Under the pieces are notes generated by a model. The model saw nothing but the letters and a program-made list of their open reading frames with translations. It was not told where the DNA came from and did no database searches. A stretch of DNA of 63,637 nt, filler included. It is 16 parts of 16 records of this genome, joined end to end, with 100 filler letters (N's around TTAATTAATTAA, not from the genome) between each part and the next. Parts side by side here need not be neighbours in the genome. Positions count along the whole stretch, not along the records: positions 26,770 to 38,871 come from SRR9670534_456; positions 38,972 to 43,737 come from SRR9670534_457; positions 43,838 to 45,904 come from SRR9670534_459; positions 46,005 to 48,570 come from SRR9670534_470; 12 more parts are not named here. The stretch is one strand, 5' to 3'. The stretch's first letter is position 1; every line of letters starts with the position of its first letter. Below, piece after piece: positions 34,249-46,594 of this stretch. The translations under genes and the position numbers were made by a program.

Positions 34249-35335
34249 AAATGATATTAAATGAATAATTAAATACATAAACAGATGAAACTTTGTCAAT
34301 AATTAGAAATTTATTCAGTGGAAACACTATTTGTGTAAATACTATAATGATAGTAATATTTTAAAAATTTTAAATTGAAATAGTGTTTCATTTTCAAGTT
34401 GAATTTTAATTTTACGAATGCTGGAATGTTAAATTTTAAATTTGAGACTGCTATAATTTGAAAAATTTATTAACAATTAGAAATCGATTTTATTGATAGT
34501 TTAGTACTTGAAAAAAGCTCGAGATATGATTTACATAATGTAAATTTAATTTCTATATCTACCCTCTTATTAAAGGTTAACTTGGGAAATTTAAACTTAT
34601 GTAAAACATTTGAAATTTTTTTTAATGAAACTTATTTAATATGTAGCTTATCCTTTAACTTAAATTTATTAATAAATCAATTTTTTACTATATTATATAT
34701 GAGCGTTTTCAGTATTCTTATGAAAGCCAAAGTAAAAGGGTACCAATGATGGGAAGATATGGTGTTGATCACTACACATCCCCACATTTACTCTTTAATA
34801 GTGCTAACGAAGCTGGAAGAACTTCGGATAATGTCAATGCAACCAAAAGTCCTACGTCAGGTTCTTCAACAAATTATTCAAGTTGGGATTGAAAACAAAG
34901 TCAAATATGGATGTATTCAATCCTTTTGTCTGTCAAAACTTGTATACATAAATGCTAGTACAATATTCAGTAGCCGTTTTATATACATATCCACCAATAT
35001 TGTAGAGTACCCATTTACCATACTGCTAGTCTTTATTAATTTCATAATTTAATTAATTAGCAAAAAATCATATTATTAATTATTTTTTGTAACCTTTGTA
35101 AAAGCAATTTTTAATAAATGTTCTTTTTTGAATCTGCCTTTGTTTTGTCATCTACATAATTGTTAAGTTTGCTGTTTTTAACAATACATACTTCGTTTGT
35201 TTGTGTTTTTCTGATTATCATTGATTATGTGACATTATTATTAATTATTGACAACGAACAGTAATAATGAGGCTAATAAAATGGTTACATTTATTGTTAT
35301 TATTATGTAGTTAGCTGGCGTTTACACCTGGAGAA

Positions 35336-38223
35336 ATGTTGGGCCGATCAACAGTAGTTTTGACAGCTGCTAGGCGTTTTGCTGCCACTGCAGCAGCAAA
35401 AACTCCCAAAACAACTTATGGTGCTCCATCAGGTTTGTAAGTTACCGATAAATTTCAAAATAGATGTCGATAATTGTTTCCATTTTAGTATCGAAGCGAA
35501 GTAAAGGTGATCCGAAAAGTAATATCGTTCTCATAGAAGGAGTTCGAACTCCATTCTTACGATCAGGAACTTCATATGCCAAACTGATGGCTCATGATCT
35601 TCAACGAGAAGCAATAAGGTTGAATTGTAAATAAAAGTTTATGATCAAATTACAATTACAAAATTGTTTACTTTTTAGCGAATTTTGTAAATAAAAGATT
35701 ATTATCAAATTACAGTTACAAAATTGTTTACTTTTCAGCGAATTTCGAAAGCATTTAGTTAATTTATTTTGAATTAATTTTCGGCAAAGTTGATGATATT
35801 TTAATGAATTGAAATTTTGAGTTTACTGTAAACTTTTACAAGTCTTAATTTGTCTATTAAGTCTTAATTAAATTTACGAGGCTTGTATTATAGTATGTAT
35901 ATGTAATTGTATATATGATATTTAGGAATTTACTAAGACGAACGGGCATATCCACAGAAGAAATTGAATACGTTGTATGTGGAACAGTAATCCAAGAAGT
36001 TAACACCAGTAATATTGCAAGAGAAGCGTCTCTTGGAGCTGGAATATCTGACCGAATCCCCGCTCATACTGTAACGCAAGCCTGCATCTCCTCAAATCAA
36101 GCAATGACTACTGGAATGGGGTATATTGCTACGAACACCATCGATTCCTTCATTGCAGGTGGTGTTGACTTTATGTCTGATGTTCCTATAAGAGTTGCCA
36201 GAAAAGGACGAGAATGGATGCTTAAAGCAAGTCGATTCAAATCACCAATGCAATTTCTCCGTGCTACTTCTGGCCTTTTTGACAAGAGAGTTTGGGGTTT
36301 TGAAGTATGGCATCTTTTGCTGTCTGTTGATTATTTAACTTGATTATTTTAACTGTTAAAATTTAACATTTGAAAATTTTGTTACATATATATTACTTAA
36401 TTATAATATTTGCCAATTTTAATAGTTACTTTTTATTAATACTAACAGTGTGGCTTTAATAAACAGTCTTAACGATTGTTATTAATTTTGTAGACACCTT
36501 CAATTGCTGAATTTACCAGTGGTGAAACAATGGGAAAATCTGGTGATCGTTTGGCAGCAGCTTTTAATGTTTCAAGGCATGAACAAGACGAATTTGCTTT
36601 GAGATCACATACTCTTGCAGACAAAGCTAGCAAAGAAGGGTTGCTTTCGGACCGTTTTTCCTACAAAGTTCCTAATGTTACAAAAATTGTTGAAACCGAT
36701 AATGGTATCAGGGTAGGTTCAATGGAGAAGCTCTCACAGTTACGTCCAGCCTTCATTAGGCCTCATGGCACTGTCACTGCTGCAAATGCATCATTTTTAA
36801 CTGATGGTGGATCCGCATGCTTAATTATGAGGGAAGATAAAGCCCTTAAACTGGGACTGAAACCTAAGGCATATTTAAGGTTGTATTATACGTAATATCT
36901 AATTAATATCTGTAATATCTACTAATAATCATTTTTGCATATAGCAATAAACGTCTAATTAATATACATCATATGTATAAGTTATCTTATTTACGTATGA
37001 ATTTGTCAAATTCAATTTGATATATTTTATAAATTTTATTGAGTAATTAAACTTTTTAAGCCATTGACCATAATTATGTATTTAATTTATCATTTGATAT
37101 GTAGGTTAAAATTTGTCTTTTGATTTATTTTAAATCATTGATTTTAAACATAAGTCTTGTAAGATTCTAAATTAATTTCAACTCATTAAATTAATTTTAA
37201 CACTTTTTCTTTTTAAATTTGAATAGATGTTTTAAGCTACCAAGTTGAATTTGTGCCAATATTAACATTTTAACAATCATTAATTGCACATTTACAAATA
37301 GTTGAGAATTGTGAGTAGGATATGGTAAGGATTTTTATTTAGAGAGTTTGTTTATGTTTCGCAAGATCCGATTGATCAGTTATTGTTAGGACCTTCATAT
37401 GCATTACCCAAAGTTTTGGAGAAAGCTGGTTTAACGCTAAAAGATATTGATGTCGTTGAGTTTCACGAAGCATTTGCTGTATGAATGTAATTAGCACAAT
37501 CAAATAATTTAGATAAATTTCAAATTTAGGGACAAGTATTGGCTAATCTGAAGGCAATGGATTCAGACTGGTTTGCTGAAAACTACATCAAAACTCACAA
37601 AAAGGTTCATAGATATATATCTACTATAGTACAGTCATTCAAGAAACTTAATTACGTTATGTTTTACCCAATAATGTCCATAAATAGCCTTATTAACAAT
37701 AACATTTAGGCTGGCACTCCTCCCTTGGAAAAGATCAACACTTGGGGTGGTTCTTTGTCCATTGGTCATCCTTTTGGAGCAACAGGTGTTAGATTGGTCA
37801 CAACTGCTGCTAACAGATTGAAAAAAGAAGGAGGACAATATGCAGTTGTTCTTGCATGTGCTGCTGGAGGCTTGGTAAGGTTTAGTAAATTACACATACA
37901 ATGAAATATAAAATTTCATAAAATATTTAAACATTAAAACAGTTAAAATTTAACTTTTCAAATTTAAAAAATTTAAATAATTTAAATCGTTTAAATTAAA
38001 ATATTTTTGAAATTTAAAATTGAAATTTTGAAATCTATCTTTGAAATTTAAGTATTTAATTAAATATTATGAAAATTTATTTTCATAATAGTATTGTTCA
38101 TACTATTAAATATGCCAAGTTACGTAACTTACGTCACCTATTAATTATTTCAAAAGCTTCAAATTTGGGCTAATTTACGCACTTTTTCAGGGCCATGGAA
38201 TGATCGTTGAAAAGTACAAGTAG
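35336..38223 (+). CDS. HADHB: Mitochondrial trifunctional enzyme beta subunit (3-ketoacyl-CoA thiolase)
   Basis: Presequence [112 protein letters not shown]. Confidence 0.96.
35626..35746 (+). repeat. ~60-bp tandem duplication within a HADHB intron
   Basis: Two near-identical copies of tgtaaataaaag..tat.atcaaattaca.ttacaaaattgtttactttt.agcgaattt. Confidence 0.85.
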
Positions 38224-39372
38224 GACTTTGCTTTTTAGGTGTATTAACAATATACTAAGTATATTATACTTATATATTTATCATTGGTACGTTGTTTCTT
38301 ATTAAAAATATTGTTTATATTTTTCTGCTAAGTAGCCATTTCTTCTAACAATTTTTCTTTTTACTGCTTCCAGGATAGAAATTCAAGAAATAAACTCATA
38401 GAACTATAGTAGTGAAACTACTCTTTATTATTAAATAAAGGTAAAAACAAATGATAAAATTTATGAACATTATCGAAAGTAGTTCTCATTAATATAAGCA
38501 TATATAAGTTATTAATAATAATTATAAGATGCATAATTTGGCAAGCGAATCCTAAGATATAAGACATTATCGTTTTCAGCTATTTAACAACATGTATATC
38601 ATATTGTATAACAGTGACATATAATAATAATATACAATATTAAAATAAATGAATACTCATATCCTAATATGAAGGTTAACAAATGTGTTAAAAGCACCTT
38701 TTAAAAAAGAAAAAAAAAGCATGTTACGAAGGAACATGAAATATAGTATACATTATCGTAATACATCGAATGGAAGCTAGCGCCACCATGGACAAATCAA
38801 TTTATGTTGCAATTGCGTTAGCGTTATGAACGCCAGTGATAAATTATAATTTATAATTTATAATTTATAATNNNNNNNNNNNNNNNNNNNNNNNNNNNNN
38901 NNNNNNNNNNNNNNNTTAATTAATTAANNNNNNNNNNNNNNNNNNNNNNNNNNNNNNNNNNNNNNNNNNNNTAGGGGGCAAACTGAGTGGAGTTAAACTC
39001 GCTAAACTCGGAGTTCAACCGATATAAATAGGGCCTAACATACATATGTATTGCACATAGTAAAAACTTTATTTACCTATGTACCTATGTCCATACTATG
39101 CTCACGGTACCAAGGACCTCACACGATTAGCGTGTCACGGTGGGAGACTCACGTAACTGGGAGTCACACACAACAATCTTTTGCTAATCATTATTGAATA
39201 ATAATAGTGCAGCATAGGTACTTTACTCACAATTAGTAGACTTTACTATACGTTTTGCACACATGTATCGTATCGCATTTTATAATAATCATGCTTAGGA
39301 GTAATCATTGATGTAAGCCTTACATTTCTGGAAACTTTCACGTATAGTTTGTCATTTTCCATTCTTCCGATC

Positions 39373-40890
39373 ATGAAAATACTGCCTCGCAATGCTAAAT
39401 TCATACAAATGCTGGCTAGCAACTACAGAAATCCCTCAGGATGGCTTGGTCGCTTTATAGCGGTGAGTGATTTTCGTATGTACATTTATATTTTCGTACT
39501 TTCATATTTGTATCCATGGAGGTACACATACATATACGTTTTCACAGGCCGGCCCGTGTATCGGCCCGATACATCATGTATCAATGTATACATTGTATCA
39601 TACATGTAACCTCTAATTTTGCTGCAGAGAAACTGCTAAATTACCTAATAAATCATGAACATCGTTGAAGAATTATTGTTTTGAATGTGTGCCATGGTAG
39701 TGCCGTTATTTGTTACCCCATGTTAGCAAATGAAATCAATTATAGAAAATTTATTAATAGACTATATTTATTAATAACCATTTGTTTAATTAGCTTATGA
39801 AATCAGTTCCATCCGTTGTTTTTATTGTTCATAATAATAAGAAGATTTACATAGTTATAGTTATATATTTTGGAATATTAAAACATTATTATTGGTTGCT
39901 AATGTCTAACTTGTAGCTACTATAATAGTGTCTAGTAGTGTCTATAATAGTATACTAGTCTATAGGTACTAATAGATGTCGAACGTGTTTCATTGGAAAT
40001 TCTCCCTACGTAACAATTATTGTAATTCTTCAGAACATGTGACAGTACATTTTATTTATTATTAACTATCTATTGTTTTATATTTGTTAATGCCATAGCT
40101 AACGTTACCATATTCATACAAGCAACCATATTATAACAGGTACCTATAATAAGTGTAATAATAATAATAATAACCAATGCACTTAATAATCTTACACATG
40201 ATTTTCCCATACGTATTACATGATATAACCTATATCTAACCTATGTATCGATATGCCATGCTTAGCGACAATTTGAACATAACAAATTTTTGGAGAAACG
40301 AGCAGTTGGTTTATGCAAAATAAAACCTAATGACACTGTTCTAGAAATAGGGTACGGCCCTGGTTGGGGACTGAAGTTTGCAGCAAATAAACTGAAAGGT
40401 ATGTATCTTACTATACGATAGTAACCAAAAACAATAATTGCATATTCTTCATATTTTAGATGGCAAAGGTGTTGCTTATGGTGTAGACATTTCTTCATTG
40501 ATGTATGATACAACCAATAAAAAGTTAAAAAAGGAGATTCAGAACAAAACTGTTGTACCTGTTGTTGGTACAGTTTACCAAATGCCTTTTGTTGATTCCT
40601 TCTTTGACTCTGTATTTCATGTAAATTGCTTTTATTTTTGGGATGATATGCAGAAAGCTGTTCGCGAAATCCACCGAGTTATGAAACCTGGAGCTCCCCT
40701 TATTTCTACATTGCATCTACATGTTCTCAAACAAAGAGTTCGCGATGGAATGCTGAATTATGGACCCAATTGGGATCCCGTTTTTTATATGACTCATTTA
40801 GAGCATGCAGGATTTGAAGATATTTATTTTGAATATCTTACGCATAGGTCTATTAAATACGAAGCCATCATTGCCAAATGCATAAAATAA
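39373..40890 (+). CDS. Class I SAM-dependent methyltransferase (Methyltransf_11-like); exons 39373-39462, 40266-40398, 40460-40890
   Basis: RNPSGWLGR, VLEIGYGPG (motif I), YGVDIS, MPF.DSFFDSVFHVNCFYFW, EIHRVMKPG. Confidence 0.9.
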
Positions 40891-40926
40891 TTATATTTTT
40901 TACTTCATTTTAGTGTTTCTAAATAA

Positions 40927-42760
40927 ATGATAGATATTATCAATGAACCAATAAAATATGATATTTTTGTTCAAAATTATATGCAACCTAATCTTCCAGT
41001 ATTGTTTGGATCCTGGTTGACGTCAAAGTGGAAGTCTGTGGAAGAATGGGTTATTGATGAGAAGCCAAATTTCAAATTTTTATCTGATACCTTCGGCGAA
41101 GCAGAGGTTCCTGTTGTTTCCTGTGGTAACAGCACTGCTACCGTAGATTCAGGCAAAACACAGCCATTCAAGGACTATATCTCATATTGGATGGAATACC
41201 AAGAAAAGAACTACGACTTATCTTTACCTTCACTTTATCTCAAGGATTGGCATTTTCAGAGGTGTAGTAGCTACTGTAGCAGTAGTAAACTTGCTATAAA
41301 TAATTTGTTATTAATAATAACAAGTTATTGATAGTAAATACAAGATAATAATTCTTAAGAATGTATTACATGATAAGCTTTGTTGATGACTTTTTTAATT
41401 TTAGGACATTTCCTAATTATGAAGCATATGAATGTCCCATCTATTTTCAAGATGATTGGATTAATTCTTTTTGGATAAATACCAAATGCGATGATGATTA
41501 CAAATTTGTTTACATTGGACCTAAAGGAACTTGGTAATTTGACATTTTATACAACAGTCATTTAATTTATTTTGTAATTAAAATATAAGGGCTGCCGAAT
41601 AGCGAGATAGCCACTAATACGACACCACTGGACATATAATTAGGTATTTAATAAGAAACAGAAGAGAGTAGCAATAAAAGAGCAAGAATATAGAAATTGA
41701 ATTTGAGTACATTTAAAATTATATGACTAATCATTCGTTATTTTGAACTGCTGTTTGATTGTATACAGATCTATTTAACGTATAAATAAGTTCTTAAGGC
41801 CATCTACTTATGCTACATGAAATCATTTCATGGTACGTAATTAATTGAAGAAAAATCTAATTTATTATAGATTGGAATTTTTTAACTTTTAAAAATTTAG
41901 GACAGGGCTACATGCAGATGTTTTTCGTTCATATTCATGGTCTGCTAATATATGTGGCAAGAAACTTTGGATTTTCGTCAAACCAGGTTATCGTTGTTTA
42001 TTTACATTTTTTACTTATTTTTTTTGTTAAAAGTTTTTTAGGGAAGGAAACGTTGTTCCAAGACAGTCTAGGATATTTGATCAGTGATATTAGAACTTCT
42101 GATCATGCTCAAGACGAAGATGCTGTCATAAAGTTAGTTCAAAATCCTGGTGAAGTAATATTTGTCCCTTCTAATTGGTTTCATCAAGTCGTGAATTTGG
42201 TTTGTTTCTAACACTTACGTTATTGATTTAACATTAATAAAGGCTACTATCAATAACAATAATGCAACAACTGAAACACGATATATTATGATGTGTAATA
42301 TATAGTTTTTGTTGTAGGAAGATACAATTTCTGTAAATCACAACTGGGGTAATGCCTTTAACATATCGAAAATGTGGTCGTTTTTGGCTGATTCCCTTGT
42401 CCGAGTCCAGAAGTCTCTAAGTGATGTAAGAGATATGGAAAACTGGGATGGTCAATGCCAAGTATGCTACAATACTACTATCAGTACCAAATACACCGAC
42501 ATCTATTTCTAAAATTTTAGCTTGTGTTGAAGGCTTTAGAAGGTATGAATTTTTGCGACTTTGTTAAATTGCTTGAGCATGGTATCAACAAATTACTAGT
42601 CAAACCTTTTATGAAAGAAGATACTTTAAGCTATGAATTGAAGGAATCTGTCAAGGTTTTAGACTCACTTTTGCGTCATGAATTTTTCATCTCAGCAAAA
42701 GATACAGAATTAGTCAATTTAGTACATGAACTAAGAACAAATGTTCTAAATAAATTGTGA
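40927..42760 (+). CDS. JMJD4: JmjC-domain 2-oxoglutarate oxygenase JMJD4 (multi-exon)
   Basis: PNLPV, LYLKDWHF, DDYKFVYIGPKGTWTGLHADVFRSYSWSANICGKKLW, QNPGEVIFVPSNWFHQVVNLEDTISVNHNW.N. Confidence 0.95.
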
Positions 42761-43254
42761 CTATCGTCTATGGTCTTTAATTAGTCTCTTGTCAAATACT
42801 GAAGAATTTCTATCTATTTTTATCCCAGCTGCCAATAATCGCGTTATTATCTTTATCTTGTTCAGGCTGATCTTTTTCCTTGGGGTTCATTTATTACACA
42901 TTTTCGAATAAGTGCGTGATTTTTGACACATCTTTTTCACAGTTGGACAACAATTCGCAGGCAATAATTATGCAATTACCAAATTCATACATCAAGCTGC
43001 AGTCGGCTTCTATGAAACCCTGTTATGTTTGATGCGATTCTAATTAACTTGCAATTGATTAAAACAATCAAGTGAAACCTACTTATACATATTCAGGCTG
43101 AATCAGATTATTCCTTTTATTAAAGTTTTGATCATCATAAAGAATAACAATAAACTAGTAAACATAACTGTAAAAATAAAATGGGAAACATCACACTAGA
43201 CAAAAATGCTAAAATAATAATTAAGAATTAAATTCAATTTCACGTCAATAAAAC

Positions 43255-43537
43255 CTATGAACGATTGGTTTTGATGATCTTATAGTATCCATATACGATA
43301 GGATTCAACAAAACATTAATACATGGTAATAGATTTACCCAGGGTTCCAAAACTTCCAAGCCGTTTTTACCACTTAAATCCTCGTTGGTGAAGGGCTTGA
43401 TAACGTTGTAAACACAGCAAGGTGTCCAGGCGATGATGTAAAGAGTAATTATGATCAAGGTTAGTCGTAATGTTGAAGTCATGGCTTTTTGTAAAAATTT
43501 GTTAATTAGCATTTCCGAGTTGGAGTTTGGACCCAGT
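43255..43537 (-). CDS. Class A peptide GPCR, last exon (TM6-TM7; GnRH/vasopressin-receptor-like)
   Basis: TLRLTLIIITLYIIAWTP (TM6), CINVLLNPIVYGYY (NPxxY), very short C-tail; acceptor cttacag at ~43538. Confidence 0.75.
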
Positions 43538-43635
43538 CTGTAAGCTAATTATGAAGGAGATCATCGGTTATCATAACAATGATTGTAATAAGCTAACATT
43601 ATAATATTTCAAAATATTGTACAGACATTACAACA

Positions 43636-43737
43636 TACCGTAATACCTTGTTAAAAGGCCGAAACTTTTTTCAAAATGCGACCTAAAATTTGCGGCTTTT
43701 TCTTATTAAGTGCGGCTTCTACTCAAATGCGGCCACT
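43636..43737. mobile_element. Probable MITE end (TA|CCGTA terminus with TGCGGC repeats)
   Basis: taccgtaata followed by three tgcggc units, running into the contig break. Confidence 0.4.
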
Positions 43738-43837
43738 NNNNNNNNNNNNNNNNNNNNNNNNNNNNNNNNNNNNNNNNNNNNTTAATTAATTAANNNNNNN
43801 NNNNNNNNNNNNNNNNNNNNNNNNNNNNNNNNNNNNN

Positions 43838-44933
43838 CATTTTCGAATGAGTCATTGAAATACTAGCTTCTGATTGGCTACCTTGGTTTACGTCATACGC
43901 AGAAAGCAGCTTTTTGCCCAAATGTGAACCCAGGTAACTATGAAATCATTCGAAAAATTCAACCTTAAAACAACAAACATCTGCATCAGCAAAATCTATT
44001 GCAACAACGATGGATTCTCCAATTTTATAAGCTTGCTTGAAAACTGTTATGTAACAAACATGTAGGTTCATCTTATTTTTGATCATAAATTGTTCTAAAA
44101 TCAACACATTCACTAATGAGTATGAACATTTTATTAATAAGAAGATACATACTTAGAACTTTTCCACCAGTAAAACGAGCCAATTCTTGCATAGCATTAT
44201 CCAATATTGTTGGTCTTTTATCCACCACTCGAGCATAGAAAGGGTTCGCAAAGTTATAAACATCATCATCCTGTACCAAATTCTGATTTGTCAAAGCATC
44301 AAGTACCAGAACTCTTAGGGGTAATTTAAGAAACTGAATTTGGAATTTCTCCTTCTTTATGCCCAAAAATATTCGGTAGTGGTAACGAAGAGATGAACTT
44401 CGGTATGAGGGTGGACCGTCAGATAACAATTCTTGCTTGTAAGTAACTAAATTAAAAATCTTAAAATTCGAAAAATTTCAAAATCTGATTAAACAAATGT
44501 CACAATAATTCAAAATCTAGGAATATAACATAAAAATTACAGGTTTTGCTGTGCCCAGGTAAAAGTTCCAGCTTTGAGGAAATAAGTTGGGCATCAGTAA
44601 CCCTCATAATCCCATTCGTTTTCATTTGTACTTTGGAATGTTCATCAAGAGCTATTGAAACAGTTGCGTTTGATAACTCAGCATTAGATGAGGGTGTGTG
44701 TTTCACTCTTCTTCGTGACGTCATCAATACTAGCGCTATTTGACCAGTAATTGAATCTATCGTTTCAGTACTAAAATTTTAAGCTTGTATGCAAAATTGA
44801 AGAAGTCCATAAAATTGTAATAAAAAATCATCTACTCAATTTCTGAGTTGTTGTAAACTGTTAAACAAACTTCGACGACTTCGCCTGCTAGGTAAACTTG
44901 GCCTCTGACTAGATAGGCAACGACTTCCAGCAT
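43838..44933 (-). CDS. RGP1: RAB6 GEF subunit RGP1, 5' part
   Basis: MLEVVAYLVRGQVYLAGEVVE, GPPSYRSSSLRYHY.I.LG, LKLPLRVLVL, NPF, VCYITVFKQAYKIGESIV. Confidence 0.85.
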
Positions 44934-45260
44934 GATTTTATTATTCAATTTATATCTAAGCAAAAAGAGAAAACTTTAACAATATTTATAAAAATATGAT
45001 CATAATGAAGAAAAATTTAACAAATAATCGCGAAAGTTAAAAAGAAAGACAAAAGGCTTAATTTTTACTCCTTTTATTATTAATTGTTATTAATAACATT
45101 GTCGATATAAATAATAATAGTCGTAACATTCTTTTAAATAATGTCCAAGTAGAATCTAGTAGATAGACAAAACTTAGTGTATAGTATACACTGTATACTA
45201 TCGATTCGATAGATAAAACTTCTTTAAAATCTAAAAACTTATCAATAAATAGTTTTTTTC

Positions 45261-45797
45261 CTAATTTTCGTAGGTGGAGTATATAAATCCTGTGCCGGAA
45301 ATAGCATCACCCAAACCAACAGTTTTGCCTGGGTTTTTACAAACTAATACGGGGCTAAAAAAATACTGGATATTATGCTGTGATTTCCAAGAAAATAGCG
45401 GTTCTTCAGGCGATACGGAAACTTTGGTACCATCGGAAAGTAAAAGTTCTTCAAAGTTTAGTCTCAATTCATGGTTTGAACTTTTAAAATAACCATTGCA
45501 AGCTTGTTGAGAAGCAATAATTGAACCAGCAGTTACACTTGCTTCGTTATTCCCCCAGGGGGAATCTGCGACAACACCTAGGATATGAAAAGCCAATGAA
45601 TGGAAATGTATTCTGGTCAAGCGGTTTTCGTCATCACTGTGAGTAGCAAAGAGCCATTCCAGCATGTCAATAATTTTTGAAACGGAGGGTAGACCTTTAT
45701 CAAAAATCATGTTACGATGTGGTGCACCTTCAGAAACGTAAGCCATAAATTCAAGTTCTTGTTCATTAAGACCGAGAGATTGCACATATTTAAAGAC
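45261..45797 (-). CDS. ADPGK: ADP-dependent glucokinase, last exon
   Basis: SLGLNEQEL, LTRIHFHSLAFH, SPVLVCKNP.KTVGLGDAIS. Confidence 0.93.
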   Translation of the reverse strand, partial: VFKYVQSLGLNEQELEFMAYVSEGAPHRNMIFDKGLPSVSKIIDMLEWLFATHSDDENRLTRIHFHSLAFHILGVVADSPWGNNEASVTAGSIIASQQACNGYFKSSNHELRLNFEELLLSDGTKVSVSPEEPLFSWKSQHNIQYFFSPVLVCKNPGKTVGLGDAISGTGFIYSTYEN

Positions 45798-46419
45798 CTG
45801 CTAAGTGTAAAATCCTGTGTTAGGGCAATTCTAAGTAAGTCAATTTATATTTTAAGAAAGGATGCACACTAGATGCATTGCACGTGCATTTTAGTTAAAG
45901 CGTANNNNNNNNNNNNNNNNNNNNNNNNNNNNNNNNNNNNNNNNNNNNTTAATTAATTAANNNNNNNNNNNNNNNNNNNNNNNNNNNNNNNNNNNNNNNN
46001 NNNNACACCTTATTATGATACCGTTTGCACATAAGAATCATAAAACTGCTTGTTTTTGGATTTTTTGACAATAGACTGTGATCTATTCTTAGATTATTAT
46101 TAACAAGTGTGTTTTGTATATGGTGATCATTGCTAGAGACATGATTTAGTTTTGGACATTTTGACTGTTGTCGATTGTTAAGTTACTACAAGGTGTTATT
46201 TCTCAGCACAGTCCAAATATCCCTATTTATTAGTTTTAGTTGAGGTATACCTCAATTGGAATATACCTGAATTGATAGTTTTGATTGACTTGAATTGGTA
46301 GTTTAGATTTCAATTTTAACTTTATTTTAATTCTGGTGTACCATGTTATCTGGATGTGAAACTTTTATGAAAGTCTCTGCTACTGAAGTAGTTTTTGCAA
46401 ATGTTGTGAATATATTACC

Positions 46420-46594
46420 AATCTAAATGTTACATAAATGTTCTTAATTTGAATGCTCTTTGTTTATGAATAAATAAATTCTTTTAAAAAGACAGGCTAA
46501 TAAAACTTTTATTAGCCTGTCTTTTTAAAAAAAAACTTCTTTATTCCTAAACAAAGAACATTCAAATTAAGAACATTTATATAACATTCAGATT
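46420..46594. repeat. ~175-bp foldback palindrome (MITE-like hairpin)
   Basis: Outer arms atctaaatgttacataaatgttcttaatttgaatg... and ...cattcaaattaagaacatttatataacattcagat; centre aaaaagacaggctaataaaa-c-ttttattagcctgtcttttt. Confidence 0.9.

Noticed and set aside
39373-40890. Bacterial contamination or recent HGT for the bacterial-looking methyltransferase
   Set aside because: It has two spliceosomal introns and is contiguous with JMJD4, so it is a resident eukaryotic gene.
43255-43537. GPCR as the receptor for the Wamide peptides
   Set aside because: It is on a different contig; co-occurrence in this window results from concatenation.
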